Source of the DNA: a virus
IMG/VR virus record: IMGVR_UViG_3300035698_035364
Location: 38,985-102,984 of that record
Strand: one strand, 5' to 3'
DNA: 64,000 bases
Numbering within the stretch: position 1 is the stretch's first letter; every line of letters begins with the position of its first letter. The notes below the pieces were generated by a model. That model was given only the letters and a program-made list of their open reading frames with translations, was not told the origin of the DNA and did not search any database. This document shows, in pieces, positions 40,420-49,055 of the stretch. The position numbers and the translations under genes were made by a program.

Positions 40420-41041
40420 ATTAGAATTCACTTTTAAGCACCCTAAAGGGGCTGATGGGACAGTGGATTATGAAGTGATATATGAAGTGATAAGAGATCT
40501 GCCTATTGTGCATGTGCAAGCAGTTAATTCAGAAACTTCTCATCCCTTCCCTGTGGAGTTATTTGTAGAGGTGGTAGAGCATCTACGGAGCAAGGGGGTA
40601 GTGGACCTTCCAGAGAATGTTGCCCCAAGTTTGACATATCCTCCTGGAGTAAGATCGGCAGGGTTGCCTATTCCCCAAATATTAAATAGATCAGCGGCAT
40701 CTATTATGCCTAATACTTCAGAGAAGCCTGCTGAGCCTATGTCTCCCCTTACTTCGGTTACTTCATTTAGTGTAGAGGCCCCACCATCGTTGGTTGCTCC
40801 TACTGTTAAGCAAGCAGAGGCATCTCCTATTGTTCCTCCTGCTCAGCCTCCTCAAGTGGAAGTTGATGAGGGGCCAACTGAGAAGGAAATGCAAGAAATG
40901 AGTAAAAGGGCGGTGATAAGAACAAAAGTCAGAGATCCTATCAACGATCCAACCGGAGCCGAAAAAGAAGCTGAGTTGATGAGACAACAGATGAAGGGAG
41001 AAGGAGCATCCAAATCATCGTTTAGAAGGTCATCTGAGTAA
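40394..41041 (+). CDS. Hypothetical protein with Pro-rich disordered linker
   Basis: AAGGAG RBS; Pro/Ser/Glu-rich centre. Confidence 0.7.
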   Translation: MAIEEKPTRLEFTFKHPKGADGTVDYEVIYEVIRDLPIVHVQAVNSETSHPFPVELFVEVVEHLRSKGVVDLPENVAPSLTYPPGVRSAGLPIPQILNRSAASIMPNTSEKPAEPMSPLTSVTSFSVEAPPSLVAPTVKQAEASPIVPPAQPPQVEVDEGPTEKEMQEMSKRAVIRTKVRDPINDPTGAEKEAELMRQQMKGEGASKSSFRRSSE

Positions 41042-41256
41042 TGGAACATGATTGTAAAGCTATCCCTTTAGTGCAAGTTGTGGTTGGTCCGATGGGGATA
41101 GTCGAGCCTTTGTGCGATGTTTGTGGGACTTTGGATTGTACGAATCCCATAGAAAAGAGAAAAGTTAGTATAGTTGGAGTAGTGAAGAAAAAAAGAGTTT
41201 TAGTTAGAGGCAGCAGTATATTTTTTGTTGTCGAATGTTCAGGATTTACTAGATAA
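41041..41256 (+). CDS. Small Cys-containing hypothetical protein
   Basis: CDVC...C; stop/start overlaps on both sides. Confidence 0.6.
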   Translation: MEHDCKAIPLVQVVVGPMGIVEPLCDVCGTLDCTNPIEKRKVSIVGVVKKKRVLVRGSSIFFVVECSGFTR

Positions 41257-42059
41257 TGCATAGAACTTTTGATTTAGAAGGCTATTATTCGTTCCATAAG
41301 AGACTCAAAGAGACTCAGAAGGTGGTCGCGAACCAGAAGAAGTTTTTGTCGAGAATAAAAAACAATATTCTTAGGGAAATAACGTATGAAGATTATCCTA
41401 AAGCTTTTGACTATGTGGATAATTTGTTTCCCGGATCCAATGTGAAAAGTGTTATTATTTATAAAGTCGGACATGACTTCATGGCCAAACATGGTTTTGG
41501 AGGGTGTTCAGGTTTATATCTGAATAATGTTAAATCAATTTTGTTGACAACTACTAAGCCTCCTCCCAAACGGTCTTACTATGAGACTTCTGTACGTTCC
41601 AAAAGACAAGTAGATGAAGTAATTGTGCATGAACTATGTCATTACTGTTATTTTAATGAAGGGGCTTGTTCAAATAGTCGAGAGTTGATGGAGGAATTCG
41701 CTTATGGATGGTCATTGGGGTATTTAAGAGGGAAGGGCTATACTGACGAGCAAGTAGTAGAGTATAACTATTTACCTTATATGGTGGAAATATCTTTTCA
41801 AATGGCCTTAAAGCAAATTTTAGATGAAAATCATATTGATCGGAGAAAATACAATCTACAGAAGAAATATGAAAGAATAGAATTTCATAAGCGATATGGT
41901 AAGAAAGTTATGGCGAGGGCCGTTGAGTTGGGGAAGATTCGGGGTATGGAAATTGTTGATCTATATTCTCAACAGATAGAAGAAGGAAGTTTCTATACTG
42001 CTGAGGAAGAAGACCTTACGAGATATGATTTTATAGAGATAGAAGATGAGGAGGAATAG
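41256..42059 (+). CDS. Putative zincin metallopeptidase (HExxH) with C-terminal tag TRYDFIEIEDEEE
   Basis: VIVHELCH followed by MEEFAY, as in ImmA/IrrE-like zincins. Confidence 0.65.
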   Translation: MHRTFDLEGYYSFHKRLKETQKVVANQKKFLSRIKNNILREITYEDYPKAFDYVDNLFPGSNVKSVIIYKVGHDFMAKHGFGGCSGLYLNNVKSILLTTTKPPPKRSYYETSVRSKRQVDEVIVHELCHYCYFNEGACSNSRELMEEFAYGWSLGYLRGKGYTDEQVVEYNYLPYMVEISFQMALKQILDENHIDRRKYNLQKKYERIEFHKRYGKKVMARAVELGKIRGMEIVDLYSQQIEEGSFYTAEEEDLTRYDFIEIEDEEE

Positions 42060-42061
42060 CC

Positions 42062-42322
42062 ATCCCTATTTATTGTTACATACACCCTGAGACAGGTGAA
42101 GTTTTTGACGAAATGAGAAAAGTTAAGGACCGCAATAAGGCTTTTATTGCTCCTGATGGTAAAAAGTGTAAACGGAAAGAAGTGCCTGATCGTATCGAAG
42201 GATGGAGAAAAGATAGAGAAGTATTTGAAGCAGACCCTCACTACGCCAAGGCGATAAAACCGAAATATGTTAAATTTCAGGATGGGCATAGAGAACGATA
42301 CGATCCGACGAAACACTGCTAG
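42062..42322 (+). CDS. FmdB-like small protein, probably starting at a non-canonical ATC (ORF track starts at 42113)
   Basis: In-frame extension (I/M)PIYCYIHPETGEVFDEM matches the 'MP.Y.Y....G..FE' FmdB-type N-terminus; GAGGAGG 7 nt upstream. Confidence 0.6.
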   Translation: MPIYCYIHPETGEVFDEMRKVKDRNKAFIAPDGKKCKRKEVPDRIEGWRKDREVFEADPHYAKAIKPKYVKFQDGHRERYDPTKHC

Positions 42323-42335
42323 AGAGTTGTAATAA

Positions 42336-42722
42336 GTGAAGTATATAAGAAAAGAACATATCATAACGACTGTCCATGACGCGGACATCGAAGATGCTGG
42401 GACCATTGAAATGTTGCTGCATAAGTTGCAAGAGTATAGTATAGAATTCTCGTTGCAAATGAAGAAATACGATTCTACTGGCCACGGCTACGAACATGAT
42501 TGGAAAAATATTCATTATGAAAAAGTGAGAGTTAAAGAAGTCCGTGATAGTAGTGTAGATTTCATAGTGTTGGTTAATAAATCAGTAGTTCAAGTCAAGG
42601 ATGTCCCTTTCACCCATTTAATAGAAATCAATTATATTACGACTAAGAACCATATTCTTGAAACAAATGATGATGTGACTAGATGGGATCTGATAGACGT
42701 GGGTGAGGATATGGACGCATGA
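42336..42722 (+). CDS. Hypothetical protein with C-terminal tag TRWDLIDV
   Basis: 128-aa ORF, GTG start. Confidence 0.65.
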   Translation: MKYIRKEHIITTVHDADIEDAGTIEMLLHKLQEYSIEFSLQMKKYDSTGHGYEHDWKNIHYEKVRVKEVRDSSVDFIVLVNKSVVQVKDVPFTHLIEINYITTKNHILETNDDVTRWDLIDVGEDMDA

Positions 42723-42997
42723 GAAATAAATTTGAGCTACTAGATATCCCTGGAACCGAGTGGTACGATAAGAAGTGTATAGCTGAGTGGGAAGCAGAAG
42801 AAGCCAGAATAAAACAGGGTGAAGAAGATTGTGCCAAGATAGCAGCCGAATATAAAAGACTAGCCGAAGAGCAGTGTATTATTAACTCTATGGTAACGGC
42901 TCCTAAGCAAGCGAACTTAAATGAAAGAGAAAAGAGAATATTGCAGGAATATTGGCGAGATATATTCCCTCAAGAGTTTCAGGACGCTATGTTATGA
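42719..42997 (+). CDS. Hypothetical protein with N-terminal tag NKFELLDI
   Basis: ATGA overlap with upstream gene. Confidence 0.65.
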   Translation: MRNKFELLDIPGTEWYDKKCIAEWEAEEARIKQGEEDCAKIAAEYKRLAEEQCIINSMVTAPKQANLNEREKRILQEYWRDIFPQEFQDAML

Positions 42998-44019
42998 AAA
43001 ATCCTAATATTATGGAACAATATAAATTAGATATCACCAAGGATAAGATGGTGGATTATCTGATTGTATCTCCATTTCTAAATAGTGCTAATTTTGTTGT
43101 CACTGCTAAACCTGATCGTGCTAGGGCGTTAGTGGTGGGTAGAGACGAAATGGATCAGAAGTTGCTTAGTTATTTGGAGCAAGGGCTAAAAGTTAATAAT
43201 ATAATTGTATGCAATGCTAGTTTTACTGATGAAAAGTTGTGGGAGTATTTGCGATCTAACAATATTAAAGTTTCTTTTTATGAAAGTGGCTTTTTCCCTC
43301 ATGTAAATCATAACTCAAGAGAAATAGATAAGAGATGGCTCATGGACCCTTGGGGGTATGGGAGTAAATCTCTGTTAGCACAATCCCGGCTAGACGATAT
43401 AGAGATCAATGAAAAGAAAGTGACCCGTGCTATCGAAAAGTATAAGATTATTTATACAAGGGCCAATAAGGAATTTTCTTTAGATCGTCCGTTTGTTGTT
43501 TTGGTTCTTCAAGTGCCGGGAGATGGGACTTTAGTAGATGGTTATCCTGAGTTTTCGGGATGGCAAAAAATTATTGATTTTGTGGGGAGTAAGGTAAGGG
43601 GGAGAAAAGAACATTTAATAATTAAGATGCATCCAGGAGGGGTAGGAGAGCGGATAAGTCTTCCTACTAGAAGTTTCGCCATACAAGATACTATGTTTAA
43701 TAGTTATTTAATGAGTAATGCCAGTTTAATTGTAGGTATTAATTCTAGTTTTTTATATGAGGCAAGTATTGCTCATAATGCTCCGGTATTATGTTTAGGG
43801 AAAAGTTGGTTTACTTCTCATCCGGAAGTTGCTCCTATTATTAGCATGGAAGATAAGAAAATAAAGAGACCAGTGATTACAGAAGAAGTTAAGCTGTATA
43901 GGAAAAAGATGTATTTCATTCTTGATAAAATGCAAACTATTCCTCATTATACTTTGAAAGTATTTTTGGATCAGCATGAAAAGACGAGTGGTATAAAGAA
44001 GATTGAGGATTATGTATGA
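42994..44019 (+). CDS. Capsule polysaccharide synthesis (KpsS/KpsC-like) glycosyltransferase
   Basis: FYESGFF, LQVPGD, IIKMHP, VGINSS..YEA, VLCLGKSWF. Confidence 0.7.
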   Translation: MKNPNIMEQYKLDITKDKMVDYLIVSPFLNSANFVVTAKPDRARALVVGRDEMDQKLLSYLEQGLKVNNIIVCNASFTDEKLWEYLRSNNIKVSFYESGFFPHVNHNSREIDKRWLMDPWGYGSKSLLAQSRLDDIEINEKKVTRAIEKYKIIYTRANKEFSLDRPFVVLVLQVPGDGTLVDGYPEFSGWQKIIDFVGSKVRGRKEHLIIKMHPGGVGERISLPTRSFAIQDTMFNSYLMSNASLIVGINSSFLYEASIAHNAPVLCLGKSWFTSHPEVAPIISMEDKKIKRPVITEEVKLYRKKMYFILDKMQTIPHYTLKVFLDQHEKTSGIKKIEDYV

Positions 44020-44057
44020 AATTTGAAAATAAAGACTTTGTTCATTAGGAGACAAAA

Positions 44058-44495
44058 ATGAGTGAAAAGAAAGTTATAAAAAGTTATAGTATATTGCAAA
44101 CTGAGCAGAATAAAAAAGATGGCCCGAAAAGAGGTAAAGCAGATGAGTTGGTGAAAAGAATAGAAGAAGCTATTTGGACCCATATGGGGGAGAATTTGGA
44201 AGATTTGAGAAAATGGGGGAGGTTAGAGTTTGGTGTGGGCTATCTTATATCTTTAAGTGAGGAAGATAAATTAATTTTATCAGAGAGGGGAGATAAAATA
44301 GCAGATGATATTAGGACTGATTTGGAAGAAGAAGGGTGGGTTGTTAATAGTATAGATTGCGGCAATATGGTTCTTTTGCCAGAAGGAAAAAAAGATGTTA
44401 GTTCTTGTTATCTTTCTATTCAAATACCAGGAATAGTTGTTGACGAGGCAGGATTCAAAAAAATGACATTTATAAGATCTACATTAAGAATATAG
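44058..44495 (+). CDS. Hypothetical protein
   Basis: AGGAG RBS, 145 aa. Confidence 0.65.
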   Translation: MSEKKVIKSYSILQTEQNKKDGPKRGKADELVKRIEEAIWTHMGENLEDLRKWGRLEFGVGYLISLSEEDKLILSERGDKIADDIRTDLEEEGWVVNSIDCGNMVLLPEGKKDVSSCYLSIQIPGIVVDEAGFKKMTFIRSTLRI

Positions 44496-44506
44496 TTAAA
44501 GGATTT

Positions 44507-44660
44507 TTGCTCTTTTTATATAATATATAATCATTGAGATACTTGAACACTACATTAAAGTATTTCAATAGAAAAAGTAGATTATATATTAAAGAGTAAT
44601 ATCTTTTCCCTTAGTAGTGTTCGGGGCTAGATGGTTGCTCTTTTTTTATGGAGAGAGCAA
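44507..44660 (+). ncRNA. Putative structured RNA/leader: two hairpins with complementary loops, U-tract and alternative RBS-sequestering hairpin
   Basis: Stems 44521-32/44580-91 and 44533-44/44558-69; stem 44591-610/44623-43; loops GAACACTAC (44545-53) and GTAGTGTTC (44614-22) are exact complements. Confidence 0.55.
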
Positions 44661-45460
44661 TGGCACATGCCCAAAGATTAACATATGAATTTGTAAACAA
44701 CTTTTTCAGAGAAAATGGTTGTGAGATGATAGACACTAATTATAAAAATGCCCGAACTCATATAAATTATGTATGTAGTTGTGGCAACACATCTAAAATT
44801 ATTTTTGATAGTTTTAGGAGAGGGCATAGATGTAAGAAGTGTGCTACTAAAGAGAATACTAAAAAACAAACCTTCTCCTTTGATTATGTATATAATTATT
44901 TTAAGGGGCAAGGTTGTGAGATGATAGATGATAACTACGTCAATGCTCAGACCAAGATAAGATATCGATGTAAATGTGGGAAAGTTGCTCATATTAGTTT
45001 TAATGGCTTTCAGCAGAAAAATAATAAGTGTTGTGCGAAGTGTAGTCTTGAAGGGAGATCCGGAAAAAATCATTATGAGTGGATTTCTGATAGAGAATAT
45101 ATGAAAGAGAAGTTAAAGTTTAAAGATAAGTGCTATAAAATGCTGAGATATACCATTAAACAAACTCGACAGTTTAAAACACATAGAACCCATGAAATGC
45201 TAGGATATACACCGGAAGAATTGAGAGATCACATTTATCAGCATCCTAATTGGAGAAAAATTAAAAATAAGAAATGGCATTTAGATCATATTTTCCCTAT
45301 ACAAGCCTTTGTAGATTATGGTGTTAAAGATTTAAAACTAATTAATGGGCTGGAAAATTTACAGCCTCTTTCTGTATGGGACAATTCAAGTAAAAATGAT
45401 AGTTATGATGAAGAACTTTTTGAAAAATGGTTAAAGGAAAAAGGATATGAAGTGGCGTAA
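44660..45460 (+). CDS. HNH homing endonuclease with two tandem Cys-rich zinc-binding repeats
   Basis: WHLDHIFP...NLQPL..DNSSK; duplicated 'F...GCEMID.NY.NA...Y.C.CG...C.KC'; GGAG RBS suits ATG 44660 (track start 44648); overlaps the dnaE start. Confidence 0.85.
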   Translation: MAHAQRLTYEFVNNFFRENGCEMIDTNYKNARTHINYVCSCGNTSKIIFDSFRRGHRCKKCATKENTKKQTFSFDYVYNYFKGQGCEMIDDNYVNAQTKIRYRCKCGKVAHISFNGFQQKNNKCCAKCSLEGRSGKNHYEWISDREYMKEKLKFKDKCYKMLRYTIKQTRQFKTHRTHEMLGYTPEELRDHIYQHPNWRKIKNKKWHLDHIFPIQAFVDYGVKDLKLINGLENLQPLSVWDNSSKNDSYDEELFEKWLKEKGYEVA

Positions 45461-46802
45461 CGAAGATTTTGTACACTTTCACACACACTCAGAATTCAGC
45501 CAGTTCGATGGCCTTGCCAAAGTAAATGAGTTAGTTTCTCAGGCCAGGAAAATGGGATTTCCTGCTCTGGCACTAACTGATCATGGTAATATTATGGGAT
45601 GGATTGAGTTTTTGCAGGCTTGTCGAGCAACTAAGGATAAAAAGGGTCAGCCACTTCCTTACGCCCCTATAAAACCTATCTTGGGTTGTGAGTTCTATTT
45701 GGCCAGGAAAATGGATGTAGGTCAATATGATGAGAAAAAGAAGAGGGCAGGCAAGCCCAAAGAGGGGCAACCTGATGGCAGGAGGGGGAATAGACATTTG
45801 AACTTATATGCTATGAATTTTGAGGGGTATAAAAATATATGTCGGTTGTCTCAGAAATCATATTTGAATGGGTTCTATTTTGATCCCAGGATCGACGTAG
45901 AAACTTTGGCCCAACATTCTAAGGGGCTGATGGGAGGGTCTGCTTGTTTGTCCAATGTTATTAATGTTAATCTAATGTATGGCAAATACGAAGAGGCAAA
46001 GAAGGCTGCCGGGATGTTAAATGAAATATTAGATGGCAATTTCTTTTTGGAAGTTATGTATCATGGGATCCATGAGGAGAAAGCAATTATACCAGAGATA
46101 TTTAGGCTCTCATCAGAGTTAAATATTCCTGTAGTTGCCACTAACGATAGTCATTATATTTATAGTAATGAGGGTAAATATCAAGAAGTGTTGATGTGCA
46201 TGTCTCAGGCAAGGTGCTTAAAAGATCCGGATAGATTGAAGTTTGGTCATATGGAGTTTTACTTAAAGAGTGCCGAAGATATGGCATCGATGTTTGGAGA
46301 TAGACCTCACTGTTTGCATAATTCTGCTCTTATGGCAGAAAGAATAGATACTGCTGACATAGAAAAGAATCTTTTTGTGGGTATGAGACTGCCTAAGTTT
46401 GATATCCCTGAGAAATATAAAGATTCTTATGAATATCTATGTGTTTTAGCGGTGCAAGGGATGAAGAGGGTAGGATGGGATAAAAGCCCTAAGCATGTAG
46501 AGGCGTTAAAGAAAGAATTATATGATGTTAAAGTGGCTAGAGATAGTAACAACTATGATTTCTCTACTTACTTTTTAATTGTGCGGGATTATATCCAATA
46601 TGCTAGAGATAATGATATAATGGTGGGATGTGGCCGGGGATCTGGCTATGCAAGTGTATTATTGAGATGTTTGGGGATTACGTATGGTATCGATCCTATT
46701 GAATATGGTTTGATATGGGAAAGATTTTTGGGGTTTGATGATTTAAGATTCATTAAGGAATCAGATTTTGGCTTTGCCACCGACCAAGGAGCAAGAGCTT
46801 GA
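45447..46802 (+). CDS. dnaE: DNA polymerase III alpha subunit, N-terminal part (PHP domain to GRGS/ERFL)
   Basis: FVHFHTHSEFS.FDG, ALTDHG, PILGCEFY, VATNDSHY, YFLIV.DYI, GRGS, LGIT..DP, WERFL; ends before PDIDxD. Confidence 0.92.
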   Translation: MKWRNEDFVHFHTHSEFSQFDGLAKVNELVSQARKMGFPALALTDHGNIMGWIEFLQACRATKDKKGQPLPYAPIKPILGCEFYLARKMDVGQYDEKKKRAGKPKEGQPDGRRGNRHLNLYAMNFEGYKNICRLSQKSYLNGFYFDPRIDVETLAQHSKGLMGGSACLSNVINVNLMYGKYEEAKKAAGMLNEILDGNFFLEVMYHGIHEEKAIIPEIFRLSSELNIPVVATNDSHYIYSNEGKYQEVLMCMSQARCLKDPDRLKFGHMEFYLKSAEDMASMFGDRPHCLHNSALMAERIDTADIEKNLFVGMRLPKFDIPEKYKDSYEYLCVLAVQGMKRVGWDKSPKHVEALKKELYDVKVARDSNNYDFSTYFLIVRDYIQYARDNDIMVGCGRGSGYASVLLRCLGITYGIDPIEYGLIWERFLGFDDLRFIKESDFGFATDQGARA

Positions 46803-47013
46803 GCAGTTAATTCGATTATATGAGCTTGGTATTGTAAGCCGTAAGGCAGTTTGTGAAAAATTTGGCATTTCAGACCCGTTTTTGATGCAGGAATTAGCAG
46901 TGCAAGAATTATTGGGACTTCCTCCAGAAAAAGAGGAAGTCTTAGAGGAAGAATCCCCGGACATGGATTGGCCAATCTCTAATTCTTATAAATGGACAAT
47001 TTTAGACATTTAG
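46768..47013 (+). CDS. Small hypothetical protein inserted between the dnaE halves, ending in tag KWTILDI
   Basis: 81-aa ORF with TTG start, AAGGA upstream; fills the gap between the two dnaE parts. Confidence 0.6.
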   Translation: MALPPTKEQELEQLIRLYELGIVSRKAVCEKFGISDPFLMQELAVQELLGLPPEKEEVLEEESPDMDWPISNSYKWTILDI

Positions 47014-47017
47014 CTTA

Positions 47018-47046
47018 TTGAAAAGTGGAAAATATATAATTATAAG
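47018..47046 (+). promoter_or_regulatory. Sigma70-like promoter with conserved AGTGGAAA spacer (copy 3), upstream of the dnaE C-half
   Basis: TTGAAA-N17-TATAAG; 17-mer identical to 29415-29431. Confidence 0.55.
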
Positions 47047-47076
47047 TGATATAGACGATATAAAAGTAGGAAGATT

Positions 47077-49038
47077 ATGGCAGACGCAGCAAAAATAAAA
47101 GAAGAAATAACTAGTATTATTCAAGGCAAATTCTCTGGTCAAAGTGATTTGTCTAAGAGAATGAATATGGTGAAGTATGAGCTTAACACCTTAGATTCCA
47201 CTAATGGCCTGAATGAGAAGAATAATTTAACCACTTTTTACGGGATATGGAAAAGTGGAAAAACAGGAGGGGACAAAAACGATATTAATAGTTGGGTCGC
47301 TTTCTGGCTCAACATGACTTCCAAAAAACCTGATGGTGATTTTTTACCAAAAAGACGTGCTTTTGCTAGAGCAGGTTTCCCTGATATTGACACTGATTTT
47401 GATGATGAAGGCAGGGATCTAGTATATAAGTATATCATAGATAAGTATGGTCGAGAGAATGTGGGGAACATCGGCACTCATGGGATGTTGAAGTTTAAGA
47501 GTTGTGTCACAAGGGTAGTTAAAGCATTGGATGTCGCTGATTCCTTCCATAAGGGGAAAGAAGCCTATATACATGAAAATCAGGAGAAAGTGACTGATAT
47601 ATTGTCTCCTTTTCCTAAAGGTGGAGCTATTAAAATCAGGGATGGGAAGACAACTCATGTAATAGATAATTATCAAGATGCTTATAAACATTCCCCTGAG
47701 TTTCAACATTATATGGATAAGTATCCAGAGGTGGGAGATAACGTAGCAAATATCGAAGGGACTTTTGCTAATTTCGGGTTCCATGCAGCGGGGATTGTTG
47801 TGTCTAATGTTCCTATTGACGAGATCTCTCCTTTAAGAACTGCCAAGGGTGGGGCGTTGGCAACCCAGTTCACTAAAGATAATTTGGAAGATATTGGTCT
47901 TATTAAATTCGATGTGTTGGCCATTACCACTTTATCTGTTATTAAGAGAACGATGGGGATGATTAAGGATTACTATGATATAGATATTGATATAGAGAAT
48001 TTACCTCTTGCTGATGACTCTACTTTTGAGTTGTATAGGAGAGGGAATTTAGGAGGGGTGTTCCAATGTGAGAATTGGGGGATGCAATCCACTATGAAAG
48101 ACATCGAAGTAAGTAGGTTTGAAGATATTATTGTAGGAGTAGCATTATATCGTCCTGGGCCTATGGATAGCATCTCTGAATATTGTGCGAGGAAGAGGGG
48201 GGAGCATAAAATAGATTATTTCCATCCTTCTATTGAACCTCATGTGAAGGAGCATATGCTAAGAACTTTTGCAGTATTATGTTACCAAGAACAGGTCATG
48301 CAAATTTGTAATTCGTTGGCAGGTTTCTCTATCACTGATGGCTATATAATGATCAAAGCCATCGGTAAAAAGAAAGACTATTTATTAAAGAAATTTGAGA
48401 AGCAATTTATTGATGGTTGCACTAAAAATAAGGTTCCTTTAGATGTGGCACAACAATATTGGGAGAAGTTTATTACTCCATTCTCTTCTTACGGGTTTAA
48501 CTTGGCACATGCGGCATGTTATGGATATTTATCATATCAAACAGCCTACCTTAAAGCGAATTATCCTGATGAGTTTATATGCTCTTTATTAGAAATAACT
48601 ACTCACACTTCTAGTGGAGAGAGATATGAGAAGATCGAAGCTTTAGAAAAAGAATTTTCTCGCAAAATGAAAATAAAGTTTCTGCCGCGAGATATTAATA
48701 AATCTAAGCTAATTTATACGATAGAAAGAAAGAAGGACATAAGTAGAGGGATTAAAAAGACGGAGATTAGACCTAGTTTAGTTTGTAAGGGGATGGGGGC
48801 TAATGCTGCTAAACATTTAGAAGAACATCAGCCCTATGATGGGATCAGTGATTTGGTAGATAAAACTGATTCTAGTGTCGTCAATGCCAGAACAGTAGAT
48901 GCTTTGGTTGAGAATGGATACTTGGGGGCCAAGGCACAAAAGAATAAAGAAAAAGTGATGAATGAATTTTTGACTGCTAGAGAAGATGCTAAAAAAGTTA
49001 GTAAAAAAGGTATCGAAGAGCATGACATATTTGCTTAA
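47077..49038 (+). CDS. dnaE: DNA polymerase III alpha subunit, catalytic C-terminal part (palm/thumb/fingers/HhH, no OB fold)
   Basis: PDIDTDFD, HAAGIVV, GLIKFDVL, GVFQ, ALYRPGP, YQEQVM, YGFN.AHA..Y, YLKANYP.EF; ends EHDIFA. Confidence 0.92.
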   Translation: MADAAKIKEEITSIIQGKFSGQSDLSKRMNMVKYELNTLDSTNGLNEKNNLTTFYGIWKSGKTGGDKNDINSWVAFWLNMTSKKPDGDFLPKRRAFARAGFPDIDTDFDDEGRDLVYKYIIDKYGRENVGNIGTHGMLKFKSCVTRVVKALDVADSFHKGKEAYIHENQEKVTDILSPFPKGGAIKIRDGKTTHVIDNYQDAYKHSPEFQHYMDKYPEVGDNVANIEGTFANFGFHAAGIVVSNVPIDEISPLRTAKGGALATQFTKDNLEDIGLIKFDVLAITTLSVIKRTMGMIKDYYDIDIDIENLPLADDSTFELYRRGNLGGVFQCENWGMQSTMKDIEVSRFEDIIVGVALYRPGPMDSISEYCARKRGEHKIDYFHPSIEPHVKEHMLRTFAVLCYQEQVMQICNSLAGFSITDGYIMIKAIGKKKDYLLKKFEKQFIDGCTKNKVPLDVAQQYWEKFITPFSSYGFNLAHAACYGYLSYQTAYLKANYPDEFICSLLEITTHTSSGERYEKIEALEKEFSRKMKIKFLPRDINKSKLIYTIERKKDISRGIKKTEIRPSLVCKGMGANAAKHLEEHQPYDGISDLVDKTDSSVVNARTVDALVENGYLGAKAQKNKEKVMNEFLTAREDAKKVSKKGIEEHDIFA

Positions 49039-49055
49039 TTAATGGAGATGTAGAC

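Noticed and set aside
46700-47400. Split intein or group I intron at the dnaE break
   Set aside because: No intein N- or C-terminal motifs, no recognisable group I core; the gap holds an ORF, a promoter-like sequence and an RBS. RT-PCR would be needed to exclude splicing fully.
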